The notes under the pieces are model-generated. The model made no database searches, was not told the origin of the DNA, and worked only from the letters and a program-made list of their open reading frames with translations. 64,000 bases of DNA, taken from NCBI GenBank assembly GCA_964016885.1, contig OZ024740.1:136524001-136588000 (forward strand), read 5' to 3'. Positions 29,472 through 41,734 of the stretch are shown here, piece after piece. Positions within the stretch are counted from its first letter, which is position 1. Every line of letters starts with the position of its first letter. The position numbers and the translations under genes were made by a program. Source of the stretch: Eledone cirrhosa (taxonomy: Eukaryota).

Positions 29472-29812
29472 TTCATATATATATATATATTTTATATATA
29501 TATATATATTTCATATATATATATATATTTTATATATATATATATATATTTCATATATATATATATATATATTTTATATATATATATATATTTTATATAT
29601 ATATATATATCTTATATATATATATCTTATATATATATATCTTATATATATATATATATATCTTATATATATATATATATTTTATATATATATATATATC
29701 TTATATATATATATATCTTATATATATATATATATTTTATATATATATATATATATCTTATATATATATATATATTTTATATATATATATATATATATCT
29801 TATACATATATA

Positions 29813-29865
<53 letters not shown>

Positions 29866-30612
29866 CTATATATATATATCTTATACATATATATATATAT
29901 TATATATATATATATATATATATCTTATATATATATATATATATTTTATATATATATATCTTATACTTATATATATATATATATATTTTATATATATATA
30001 TATATATATCTTATATATATATATATATATATTTTATATATATATATATCTTATATATATATATATATATTTTATATATATTTTATATATATATATATTT
30101 TATATATATATATATTTTATATATATATATATTTTATATTTATATATATTTTATATATATATTATATATATTTTATATATATATTATATATATTTTATAT
30201 ATATATTATATATATTTTATATATATATATATATATTTTATATATATATATATATTTTATATTTATATATATTTTATATATATATATTTATATATATTTA
30301 TATATATTTTATATATATATATATATTTTATATATATATTTATATATATTTTATATATATATATATATATTTTATATATATTTTATATATATATTTATAT
30401 TTTATATATATATATATATTTTATATATATATTTATATATATTTTATATATATATATATATATTTTATATATATATAGATATATTTTATATATATTTTAT
30501 ATATATATATATATATTTTATATATATATATATATATATATTTTATATATATTTTATATATATATATATATTTTATATATATATATATATATTTTATATA
30601 TATATATATATA

Positions 30613-30644
<32 letters not shown>

Positions 30645-30792
30645 TTTATATATATATATATTTATATATATTTTATATATATATATATTTATATATATTT
30701 TATATATATATATATTCATATATATTTTATATACATATATATATATTTTATATATATATTTTATATGTATATATATATATATATATAAATAT
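29159..30792. repeat. (TA)n microsatellite punctuated by TTTT/TCTT
   Basis: TA dinucleotide array. Confidence 0.97.
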
Positions 30793-30834
30793 ATAGAGAT
30801 TACATGAAACAAAGTTCTGTTTAAATCATTTATC

Positions 30835-30881
30835 TGCTTACAATTGTTTCTTCCAAACCGAGGTTTGGTGTCTTCGGAGCA
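30835..30881 (-). ncRNA. type I hammerhead ribozyme, CCGAAGA core variant
   Basis: Minus strand TGCT-CCGAAGA-caccaaacctcggtttggaa-GAAA-CAATTG-TA-AGCA. Confidence 0.72.
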
Positions 30882-32365
30882 ATTATTCAATGATTTTTAA
30901 CATACTTGACCTCCTTTTCAACACAAGAGACATATAGAAACATATGTATATATTGACCCACAGTGGGTTGACATCCATTATAATAATATAGCATGGTAAT
31001 TTACATACAAAGATTACAGTCATATTAAAGGACAAAATTAAAGTAAAATTAAAATTAAAATAAAACATTGGCAGTCTACTAAGATAAACCAAAAGGAAAG
31101 TTTGGAGTAGCCAGTGTATGCAACAGTCACACGTGTGGCATGCACGCGTGTCCTATTTATACAAGATTATAGTGCGGCAGATTATTACAAGTAAAACAAG
31201 CAGTCAAAGCAGGCAATTAAGAGCATCATGGGGGATGAACTGGTTAAGCATTATTCACACACACCTGTACGATATAGAAGCCCGTGTGTGGAGAAACACC
31301 AAAAATATTTAAAATATTTCAAATGAGAAGCAAAACAGCACCACTGTCCTCGTACACATCACCACTCTCACAATCCAGGAAACACAATTTACAGACTACA
31401 TGTCCATCTTACAATCCAAGATGATTCAACATTGGGTGCCTGGTGAACCATGCTAGAACATCACAGCTTGTCGTTCTTTAATTCGATTCCATAGAGTAGG
31501 TTGTTTTTGTTGTGAGAGACGACATCGTATTATATTCCGGAAGTGTGTGTGTGATTAAGGGGAGTTAATGCGTAAGGGGAGGTAACTAGCTGATTTCTAT
31601 AGCTAAATTTATTATCCTAAAGTACATTAATGGTGTCTCAAATGAGTTCCCATCATATAAGGTTATAATCAATTTCTAAATTTAAGTATCTTATCTATAA
31701 ATTACAGTGTAGTCTATCAAGAAGTACTAAAGGTGTTCATATTAGGATGATTACCTTTTATCATAGAGTGCCCCCACCGAACATTCCACGTGAAGAGTCA
31801 GATCTCCAAATCAATGATCTTTGTAAGTGTAGTCCACCCGCAGGACCTAGCAGGGTCTTATTAGAATCACTTCTATATATGACTCCTGGTAAGTTCTGGG
31901 TCATTGCATGACTGATTGCATGGCAAAGTTAAATATCACTAGGGTAGTCCAGAGATCAATTCTCACTGACAAAGACATTGATCTGACCATCAAGCCTTAC
32001 ATGTATTTATAACTCATATATCACCTGTACATAATTCATTGCACTCAGCATATAGATTATATAGCTCTTTTATGTTAATAAATTAATTACTTAATCTTCC
32101 ATTTATCCAATGATGGGACTACATACACAGGACAATGTTAGCACAACCAATTCCGTGCTTAAAGTTTACATTGGTGTAATGTAGTCTAAGCAATTGAAGG
32201 CCAATATACCAAAAGTAGAAGTACATGGGGATATCTCCAAGGTAAAAGGTACTAGGAGGGTGTCACTATTTGCGTTAAAGTGGATTAACGGGTGTGGAGA
32301 TGAGGTGTAAGGTGTGCCCCTGATGATTGCAGCTAGAGGTGGTGACGGGTTCAAGTCTGACATTG

Positions 32366-34802
32366 TTATATATTGGGTTTAAAGTTTTGGAAGGAGTGTC
32401 GGAAGCGGTGTTGGCAAGACGCGAACACTTCTAATTTTTTTATTAAGGAGGTTATGGTTTGAGAAGATGATAGTATGGGTCTCTAGTAGACAGAGGTTAC
32501 AAAATTTATTAGGTGGTTTGTACGATGACGCGTTACCTATCACTTCCCATTTAAGTGTATATGGTTTATTTTTATTTTTTAGATAGTGTATGTAGCTAGA
32601 TAGTGAAGTGGAGTTGGCTAGACTGTGTTTTTTGAAAGAGTGGAGGTGAGAATTGTATCTGGTTTTAAAGCAGTTTGAAGTAGAGCCTATATAGGTTTCA
32701 GAAGAGTTGCTAGTTGTGACTGTGCATGAGTATATGATATCCTTGGTTAAGCATTTTTTATCTAAAGGGCAGGTTCTATTTGATCTACAGTTACAATTAT
32801 TCTGGGTGTTAGTCTGCCGGTTATTATGTTATGTAGAAGTCTGGATGGTAGCTATAGGGTTATGGTTATGTGGGTTGACGTTCCCAGCGTTATTGTTTAC
32901 ACTAGTGTTATTACTATTATTTCTATTGATATTAGGGTTAGTTGTTATAATGTTATTTTGAAGGTTTATCGTCTGTTGTGATTTAGTTTGCTGGAAGTAA
33001 GAATTAATTTTTCTTTTATTGCTACTAGCTATGTGGTATGCTATGTTAGGCATAGTAGAGTAGGAGATTTTAATAGTGTTTTTGTTTAAAAGTCTATGGT
33101 ACTTATGGCCGGATGGGAAGTTTTTATCTAGTAGTGAGAAGAAAGCCCTAGTTAGGTTGGTAGAGACGTTTAGATTGAAAGGACGGTTGAAAAATGTATT
33201 ATTTCTTCTATTTTTGTTTTTTATGTCTGGTGAGTTGTTTCCTTTTATGGTACTATGGTAATTTCTGTGGTGTGGGTTACTTTTGTTTGCATCTTCCGTA
33301 TTAGTGTGTGTGGTTGCTATTCCTATTACTAAATTTCCTCATGGACATGTTGTGCGAAATAATGTTGTAGCTATGTGTTTTTGTAGGTAGGAACTCGATC
33401 TCTATATTATGGCCTGATCTAGATAATGCCTGATTATAATATTGTGAGTTTTTGCTAAATATGTTTACGTCATAGGATAGATTAGAGATTCTATTAGATA
33501 CTCCCTTAGGGATAGAGTTTAATATAGATTTAGGGTGGTTAGACTTGGTATCTACGTAGATGAGTTTTTCATTAGGTTTGTGGAAAGGTGCATATATCTT
33601 TGAGTCTAGGTAGAGTGTGGCATCCAGGAAGTTAACGTTTTTAGTGTTTTTGTCCATGGTAATACTAAGGTTATAGTTTTTGAATGTCTTGTGCAATAGT
33701 TTTCTAGTTCTTTCTATATTGAATTTTTTATAATCTATAAGTAGAAGTGCATCATCGCGGTACAAACCTCCGTTGAGGTATGGAAGGTTCTTATGGATTT
33801 CGTTAAGTAAATATAGGCCGACTAAATCAGTGATCCCATGGTTATGTCGAAGTTGTTTTGCGTATCCTTGCGTGTCCATAATTGGTCTTCAAAGGTGATT
33901 ACTGTTTTACGGGCCGCAAGTATGACATCAATCTGGGGTCTAGTCAGGTCACTATTGTCCATGGCCATGATAAGTGCCTTATTTAATAGGATAGGGGAAA
34001 TAGAGGTGTAGTATGAATTGATATCAAATTGAATACATTTTTTATCCTTGCTATCCTTGATATTTTTGAACCATTCAATCACTTCACCTGTATTTCCCCA
34101 TTGTTTAAGGTATATCTTGTGTTTAATCTGTGGGATGATTTTATCTAAAATTTTCTTACTGATAATGCCAATATCAGACTTGGAAGGGCAGATAAGTCTA
34201 ATCGAGGGGTTGCTAATGAAGTCTTCCTTATGGTCCTTCAGAGAGAATCTAGGGGGGTTTGGGGTATATGGTTGTGTATGTCTCTGGAGTCCTAGTTTGG
34301 ACACTATATTATAGCCTTCCATATTAATATCTTCTAAGTTTTTCATAGTGGTTTTCTTGTAGCTTTTATGTAGTTCATTATATATAAACTTTCTATAAGT
34401 ATTATAATCTAGGCTGTATATGTTATTAGTTTTGTCCACATGTATAATAATTTTATTACTAGTTTTGAAATCATTAATAGAGGTGCTAAGTTTGTTTAAG
34501 AAGGTGTTGTTTTTATTACGGTGCTTTTTGTATTTAATATTCTTAACTAGTTTTATTAGGTCATTTTCAAAGGAGTTTAGTAGTGTGTTATGAGGCGGGC
34601 TTCTAAAGGTTTTAAAGCCGAAGGAGTCAAATTTGTTAGTATTATTAACCTTGTTAGATTTGTTTTTATCATAATGGAATGTCCTCCATCTGACTCTATT
34701 GATAAAGGAATTTACACTGTCGATCAATAATTTTTCATATGTATTTTTGGATGGTATTGGTATGTTCTTGGTTGACATAGGGAGTTGGTCTTTGATCAGC
34801 AT
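32366..34802 (-). pseudogene. PLE reverse transcriptase + GIY-YIG endonuclease, several frameshifts
   Basis: DKTNNIY, LKDHK, RLICP, QFDINSYY, FDITMGS, GGLYRDDAL, VNFLD; hand translation of 32820-32366 gives CNCRSNRTCPLDKKC..IIY..YIGST..FKTRYNSH..CNLCLLE..CQH. Confidence 0.93.
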
Positions 34803-34991
34803 ACTGGTAATTTATTGTATGTCAGCTCAACAGTATGGAGCAGTTAATAGTATTAAGGATACTATTTATGGTTATATTATGCTATATTATTATAATGGAT
34901 GTCAACCCACTGTGGGTCAATATATACATATGTTTCTATATGTCTCTTGTGTTGAAAAGGAGGTCAAGTATGTTAAAAATCACTGAATAAT

Positions 34992-35038
34992 TGCCCCGAA
35001 GACTCCAAACCTCGGTTTGGAAGAAACAATTGTAAGCA
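34992..35038 (+). ncRNA. type I hammerhead ribozyme, CCGAAGA core variant
   Basis: TGCC-CCGAAGA-ctccaaacctcggtttggaa-GAAA-CAATTG-TA-AGCA. Confidence 0.68.
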
Positions 35039-35241
35039 GATAAATGATTTAAACAGAACTTTGTTTCATGTAATCTCTATATAACTGCTCTGTAAAACAA
35101 CTGATGTTGTTACATTGAGCTATTTATCTTACTGGCAATAAGATAGTAATAAATTACTGTCTTTCACTATTTACGGTATAATATATATATAACTATAAAA
35201 GGTTTTAGTATATACATAACCATAAATAGTATCCTTAATAC

Positions 35242-35281
<40 letters not shown>

Positions 35282-35305
35282 ATATATATATTTAATATAT
35301 ATATT

Positions 35306-35339
<34 letters not shown>

Positions 35340-35425
35340 ATATATATATATATTATATATATATTTATATATTATATATATATATATATTATATATATAT
35401 ATTATATATATATAATATATATATA

Positions 35426-35470
<45 letters not shown>

Positions 35471-35479
35471 ATATATATA

Positions 35480-35568
<89 letters not shown>

Positions 35569-35569
35569 A

Positions 35570-35612
<43 letters not shown>

Positions 35613-36043
35613 ATATATATTATATATATATATATATTATATATTATATATATATTTATATATATATATATATTATACATATATTTATATATATATATTA
35701 TATATATTTTATATATATATATATTATATATATATTTTTTATATATATATATTATATATATATATAATTTGGAAAGAGAGATATATTTTAACTTTAATTA
35801 TATCTCATAAAATAATACAACTGGCTTTCCACAAAATACATATAGTTAGCACCCCAAACACTAAATTGGGATTATACTAACGTATAACCTAATGTTTGTT
35901 GAGTGAGATGGTTACCAGTCGGAGTTTAGCTTAAAGCTTTCTCTGTTATTGTATTAAATATATATTATATATATATTTATATATATATCTATTTTATATA
36001 TATATATTATATATATATTTTATATATATATATTTTATATATA

Positions 36044-36523
36044 TCATCATCATCATCATCAGGTTTAGCGTCCGTGTTCCACGCTTGCATGGGTTTGGAC
36101 GGGGGTTTTCCCACTTGAGGCAAGAGTGGTTGTCTTGCTCGCATAGGACTGTCTGGCGGGTTTTCTACAGTTGGATGCCCTTCCTAACACCAACCACATT
36201 TACAGTGTGGGGCTGGGAGGTTTTTACCGTGTTGCCTACACGGCCACATTACAGCGTGGACTGTCTGGCGGGTTTTCTACAGCTGGATGCCCTTCCTAAC
36301 ACCAACCACATTTACCGTGTTGCCTACACGGCCACATTTACAGCGTGGACTGTGTGTTTTTTGTCGTGACACCTACACGATCTCATTTGTTTCGGCCTGG
36401 ATGTTGTGGGACCAACATAACTTTACATTGAAAGGGGCGGTGTGGGTGGGGTGGAGGTGGTGGGACGGGGGTGTGTTTTGATAGAGATGCCTACTGACTG
36501 TAGTAGGTTTTTACTTTGTATTT
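36044..36523 (-). mobile_element. RTE family A 3'UTR
   Basis: Near-identical to 16257-16752 including the duplicated subunit, with a short deletion. Confidence 0.92.
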
Positions 36524-36588
36524 AATATATATATTGTATATATATATATTTTATATATATATTTTATATATATATATTTAATATATAT

Positions 36589-36686
36589 CCCTATATGGGC
36601 TGGAGATAAAATGTGTAGCAACAAGGGCGGTGCCCCAGCATGGCCTCAGCCGGATGGCTGAAACAGGTAAAAAAAAAAAAAAAAAA
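36589..36686 (+). mobile_element. CR1-group LINE extreme 3' end + poly(A)
   Basis: Matches 44664-44763. Confidence 0.9.
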
Positions 36687-36742
36687 TAGTATATTATATA
36701 TATATATATTATATATATTATATATATATATATATATATATT

Positions 36743-37291
36743 ATCATCATCATCATCATCATCATCACCGTTTTACGTCCGTTCTTCCACGCTAGCATGG
36801 GTTAGAGGGGTTGTCCTGTTGTGGGCAGTGTCTGGTCGGCTGACCATGCCTTGCTCATACAGGAACTGATCTGGCTTGATTTCTACAGCTGGATGCCCTT
36901 CTTAACACCAACCTCATTTACAGTGAGTGCTGGGTGCTTTTTCGTGGCGCCTACACGTCCACTTTACAGTGTGGGCTGGGTGCTTTTTTGCCGTGGCACC
37001 TCCACGACCACCTTGCGGGGGGGGGGGAGTGGGGGCATATTGTTTATATGCTTCAGCATGTACCCATGGGAGGTCGGGTACCCTGTATTACTGCGTGACG
37101 CCAGAAGTCACGGTCGTGTGTCATTGTCTTTGAGAGGTGTAATTGGGTAAGGTCGGCTTTTATCACCTCATCCCAAGTCATCTTGGGTCTCCCCACTCCG
37201 CGGTTTCCATCAACTTATAGTGCTCTGCACCTTTTTATGCAGCTGTCATCCTTCATACGCATCACATGTCCATACCAGCGTAACCGCCTCT
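36743..37291 (-). mobile_element. RTE family B 3' fragment
   Basis: Matches 45364-45910. Confidence 0.92.
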
Positions 37292-37431
37292 AAATATATA
37301 TTTTATATATATATATATATATTTAGATATATATTTATATTTTATATATATATATATATTATATATATATATATTATATATATATATATATATTTAGATA
37401 TATATTTATATATAATATATATATATATTAA

Positions 37432-37466
<35 letters not shown>

Positions 37467-37570
37467 ATTATATATATATATATATTATATATATATATAT
37501 ATATAATATATATATATTATATATATATATTGTCGGGGTCTTACTGGTTCCTATTAGTTTAGTTTTAGTT

Positions 37571-37903
37571 TCATTTTACATCCGCTTTTCCCTGCTTGCA
37601 AGGGTGGGATGGGAACTGATACTGGCTTGATTTCTACAGCTGGATGCCCTTCCTAACACCAACCTCATTTACAGTGAGTGCTGGGTGCTTTTTTCCGTGG
37701 CACCTCCACGACCACTTTGCAGTGGAATGATATGGACCCCAGTCCCTATCATCTCATTTCTACAGCTGAGTAAACTGGAGCAATGTGAAATAAAGTGTCT
37801 TGCTCAAGGAAACAACACATCACCCGGTCTGAGAATCTGAGAATTGAACTCACAACCTTTCGATTGCAAGGCCAATGCTCTAACCACTAAGCCATATGCC
37901 TCC
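37571..37903 (-). mobile_element. tRNA-derived SINE with RTE-type tail
   Basis: Inverted paralog of 39272-39613. Confidence 0.9.
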
Positions 37904-37938
<35 letters not shown>

Positions 37939-37942
37939 ATAT

Positions 37943-39070
37943 TATGCAAAGTATGGGTGCATAAAAGATGTAGTGGGATCACAGGTAGGCTAACTAAGAA
38001 CATAGATTTTACATGTGGCCGGTGCTCTGGTGCAATAAGTAGCAGCAAGTGCCCACAAACTACTAGCTCTTTCAATTGCGCAGAGGGTTCTATAGAAATA
38101 GTGGACAGCTTCCGTTACCTGGGCGATAAAATCAGCAGTGGGGGAGGGTGCTCTGAAAGTACTGTAGCTAGAGTCAGAACTGGTTGGAAAAAGTTCAGAG
38201 AGCTTATACCACTATTAGCTGCTAAAGGGTTCTCACTAAAAATGAAAGGCAGGTTGTACGATGCCTGCATACGAACAGCAATGCTGCATGGCAGTGAGAC
38301 CTGGGCATTGTGTGCAGAGGATATACGCAGACTAGAGAGGAACGAAGCTTGCATGCTCCGCTGGATGTGTAACAGTAATATACGTGAACGGCAAAGCATA
38401 AACGAACTAAGGAATAAATTAGAGATAAGAGGGATCAGATGTTGTTTACTCGAGAGAAGGCTACGTTGGTATGGACACGTGATGCGCATGAAAGTCGATA
38501 GCTGTATAACAAAGTGCAGGGCAATAAAGATAGACGGTAGTCACGGAATAGGCAGACCTAGAAAAACCTGGGACGAGCTGATAAACTCCGACATCACACA
38601 CTTACACCTCTCCAAGACAATGTCACTGGACCGAGACCTTTGGCGGTACTCAGTAACAGAGAAGACCCGCCTTACCTAAATATATAGTAAAACCTACTCC
38701 AGCCAGTAGGCATCTCTAACAAATACACCCCGTCCCACCACCCCCACCCGACCCACACCACCCCGTTCTATGTAAAGTTATGTTGGTGCCGCGCCATCGA
38801 GGCCGAAACAAATGAGATCGTGTAGGTGTCACGACAAAAAAACACACAGTCCACGCTGTAATGTGGCCGTGTAGGCAACACGGTAAAAACCTCCCAGACC
38901 CACACTGTAAATGTGGTTGGTGTTAGGAAGGGCATCCAACTGTAGAAAACCTGCCAGACAGTCCTATGCGAGCAAGACAATCACTCTTGCCTCAAGTGGG
39001 ACTACCCCCGTCCAAACCCACGCAAGCGTGGAACACGGACGTTAAACGTTGATGATGATGATGATGATGA
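37943..39070 (+). mobile_element. RTE family A 3' fragment
   Basis: ORF 37957-38679 matches the C-terminus of 16750-19995; 3'UTR and (GAT)n tail. Confidence 0.95.
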
Positions 39071-39271
39071 TATATTATATATATATATATTATATATATA
39101 TATTATATATATATATTATATATATATATTATATATATATATATTATATATATATATATTATATATATTATATATATATATTATATATATTATATATATA
39201 TATATTATATATATATATTATATATATATTATATATATTATATATATATATTATATATATATTATATATAT

Positions 39272-39613
39272 GGAGGCACATGGCTTAGTGGTTAGAGCAT
39301 TGGCCTTGCAATCAAAAGGTTGTGAGTTCAATTCTCAGACTGGGTGATGTGTTGTTTCCTTGAGCAAGACACTTTATTTCACATTGCTCCAGTTTACTCA
39401 GCTGTAGAAATGAGATGATAAGGACTGGGGTCCATATCATTCCACTGCAAAGTGGTCGTGGAGGTGACACGGCAAAAAAGCACCCAGCACTCACTGTAAA
39501 TGAGGTTGGTGTTAGGAAGGGCATCCAGCTGTAGAAATCAAGCCAGAATCAGTTCCCATCCCACCCTTGCAAGCAGGGAAAAGTGGATGTAAAAATGATG
39601 ATGATGATGATGA
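39272..39613 (+). mobile_element. full tRNA-derived SINE with RTE-type tail
   Basis: A box TGGCTTAGTGG, B box GAGTTCAATTC, core ccttgagcaagacacttta, RTE 3'UTR, (GAT)n. Confidence 0.92.
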
Positions 39614-40729
39614 TATATTATATATATATATATTATATATATATATATTATATATATATATATTATATATATATTATATATATATATATATTATATATAT
39701 ATATATATTATATATATATATTATATATATATTATATATATATATATTATATATATATATTATATATATTATATATATAGGCTTGGCAACTTGTTGGTAT
39801 AGGACGTGAATTGTTGAACGTCCATATTTGAAATTTTAATATTTTAAATTGACAGTAATCGGATTTATGTGTGGCTTTAATTTTTCAGAAGACAAGGAAA
39901 ACATACAAAAAAGATAAGTTTTTGTGCTTTGACGCAATTATTTTGAAGTATATTTTACATATATTAGCGTTTTAAACATATTTATTTTCACCGTGTGATA
40001 CCCTCATAGGAAACAAAACACACACACGTGCATTCTACCATACAGAGTATACGTAACCTAATTTTAATTTAATTTAACTTAAGTAGATCTTGTATTATTT
40101 TGATTTTTCTGAGTAACATAATTTAATTTAATATAATTTTATTTGTTTTTGACTCGGTGAGCATGTGTGTTTGTTGTTTCTTGTTTGATATATTGATATT
40201 ACAATAGCTATGGTCAATCTATACGGTTCCCGTTATTTATATTTGTAAACAAACATTTAAATTCAACTTATATACAACTTACATCGTGTTTCTATATCTT
40301 TAACATTTTCGATTTTCGGTTTCTTTCATTCGGTTTCTTCCATTCATTCATTTAATTTTTAATTTAAAATTTATTATTTTTATTTTTTATTTCATGAATT
40401 GCTATTTCTCACGCTGTCTCTATCTCTCTCCTTCCTTCCTCTCTCACTCTCTCTAGATCCACGAGCTCTCTCTCTCTACCTCTCTCTCTCTCTACCTCTC
40501 TCTCTCTAAATCGCACCTTGAATTTCTCACCGGACATATCTATCTCCTCTCTCTCTGACCTTCCCCCCACTCTTCCCGCTATCTCTCTCGCTCCTCTCTT
40601 CTGTCTCTCTCCCCCCTTTTCTTCTGTTTCTTTTTCTCTCTCTCTGGATCGCACAAGCTCTTTCTCTCTTTTCCTCTAGATCGCTCCTTCAATATCTCAC
40701 TGAACTTATATCTCCCTCCCTCCCTCCCT

Positions 40730-41734
40730 ATGTCCCTCTCTCACCTCTACCCTACACTTCCCACTGTCTCTCTTTCTCCCCTCCACAGCGAAATGGACTG
40801 CATACAGGAAAAAGGTGAAATTAGGAGTCAGCGAAACTGGTCAAAGATGGAACTAGCGGTTTTGATCAAGGGGTGGACCGTGGCTGATGGGTCTCCACCA
40901 AGCAAAAAGATGGCGGAGAGCCTGAAAAGTCACGGGTTCCTGAGGACCCTGGCACAGATAGAGAGAAAGAGAAAAGAAATTGAGAAGGCGTATGTCCTCA
41001 TAGCGCCACATATGGCGATGCTAAGCCGTGTCCTCAGGGAGGAGAAAACCGAAGAGAGGGATGAGGAGAAGGAAAAAGAAAAAGAAAAAGAAAAGGAGGA
41101 GAGCACAAGCACGGACCTGAAAGAAAATGATATACCCTCCGCCACAGGCAGGGAGGGCAGGCCGGGCAACCAACAAGCAAAGGGCAAAGGTGAAAAGCGA
41201 AATCACCTTCTGAAGGAGAACCAAGCGCAGAGGGACCAGTGGACAACTGTTCAAAGGAAGAACAGAAAGCACCGAGTCACTGGATGGAAAAAAACCCAAG
41301 TAATGTGCAAGTTTTTCAATAACGGGACATGCTGGCATGGAGAGACAGGGATGGGATGCAGATTCGCCCACCCTAGGTCTCAAACGAACTATGCCCATCC
41401 TACTCGCGCAACATGCACCAGCCAAAGCCAAAATAAGCCGCTCCAGAAGTATGCTGATGTCGTGCGTGCCGCACCAACAAGGAGAAGGCACGCACATGCC
41501 GACGAGATACAGATGGCAGCAGCAGAGCAGAACATTTTTTTAGTGATGGCAGAGAAGATTGTGGGACAGCTAACCTGGCTGCATCGTCTCCAGAGCCAGG
41601 GTCATCCACATCCACACCAGCACTCGAGACCACCACAGTTAAGGGACCCAGAGTGGCCGCCGCTGACACCAGACCAGGTGTCATACCGACAGCCATTACT
41701 GGCACCCCAAAAGTCACACCAGTGCTGCTGCTGA
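40730..41734 (+). CDS. LINE ORF1 protein with Myb/SANT(trihelix)-like N-terminus, charged linker and CCCH zinc finger
   Basis: RNWSKMELAVLIKGW..LKSHGFLRTLAQIERKRKEIEKAY; CKFFNNGTCWHGETGMGCRFAH; lies directly upstream of ORF2. Confidence 0.8.
   Translation: MSLSHLYPTLPTVSLSPLHSEMDCIQEKGEIRSQRNWSKMELAVLIKGWTVADGSPPSKKMAESLKSHGFLRTLAQIERKRKEIEKAYVLIAPHMAMLSRVLREEKTEERDEEKEKEKEKEKEESTSTDLKENDIPSATGREGRPGNQQAKGKGEKRNHLLKENQAQRDQWTTVQRKNRKHRVTGWKKTQVMCKFFNNGTCWHGETGMGCRFAHPRSQTNYAHPTRATCTSQSQNKPLQKYADVVRAAPTRRRHAHADEIQMAAAEQNIFLVMAEKIVGQLTWLHRLQSQGHPHPHQHSRPPQLRDPEWPPLTPDQVSYRQPLLAPQKSHQCCC

Larger units (their letters stand above)
30793..35244 (-). mobile_element. near full-length Naiad-type Penelope-like element with inverted pLTRs
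   Basis: Inverted arms 30793-30994 / 34879-35080, plus-strand tail 35081-35244, minus-strand RT+EN frames, ~1.4-kb 3'UTR, TA flanks. Confidence 0.93.

Noticed and set aside
39272-39345. tRNA gene
   Set aside because: A/B boxes run into a SINE core and LINE tail; no complete acceptor stem.
39780-40400. Possible DNA-transposon end (TA-ggcttggcaac...)
   Set aside because: No matching second terminus found in the window.
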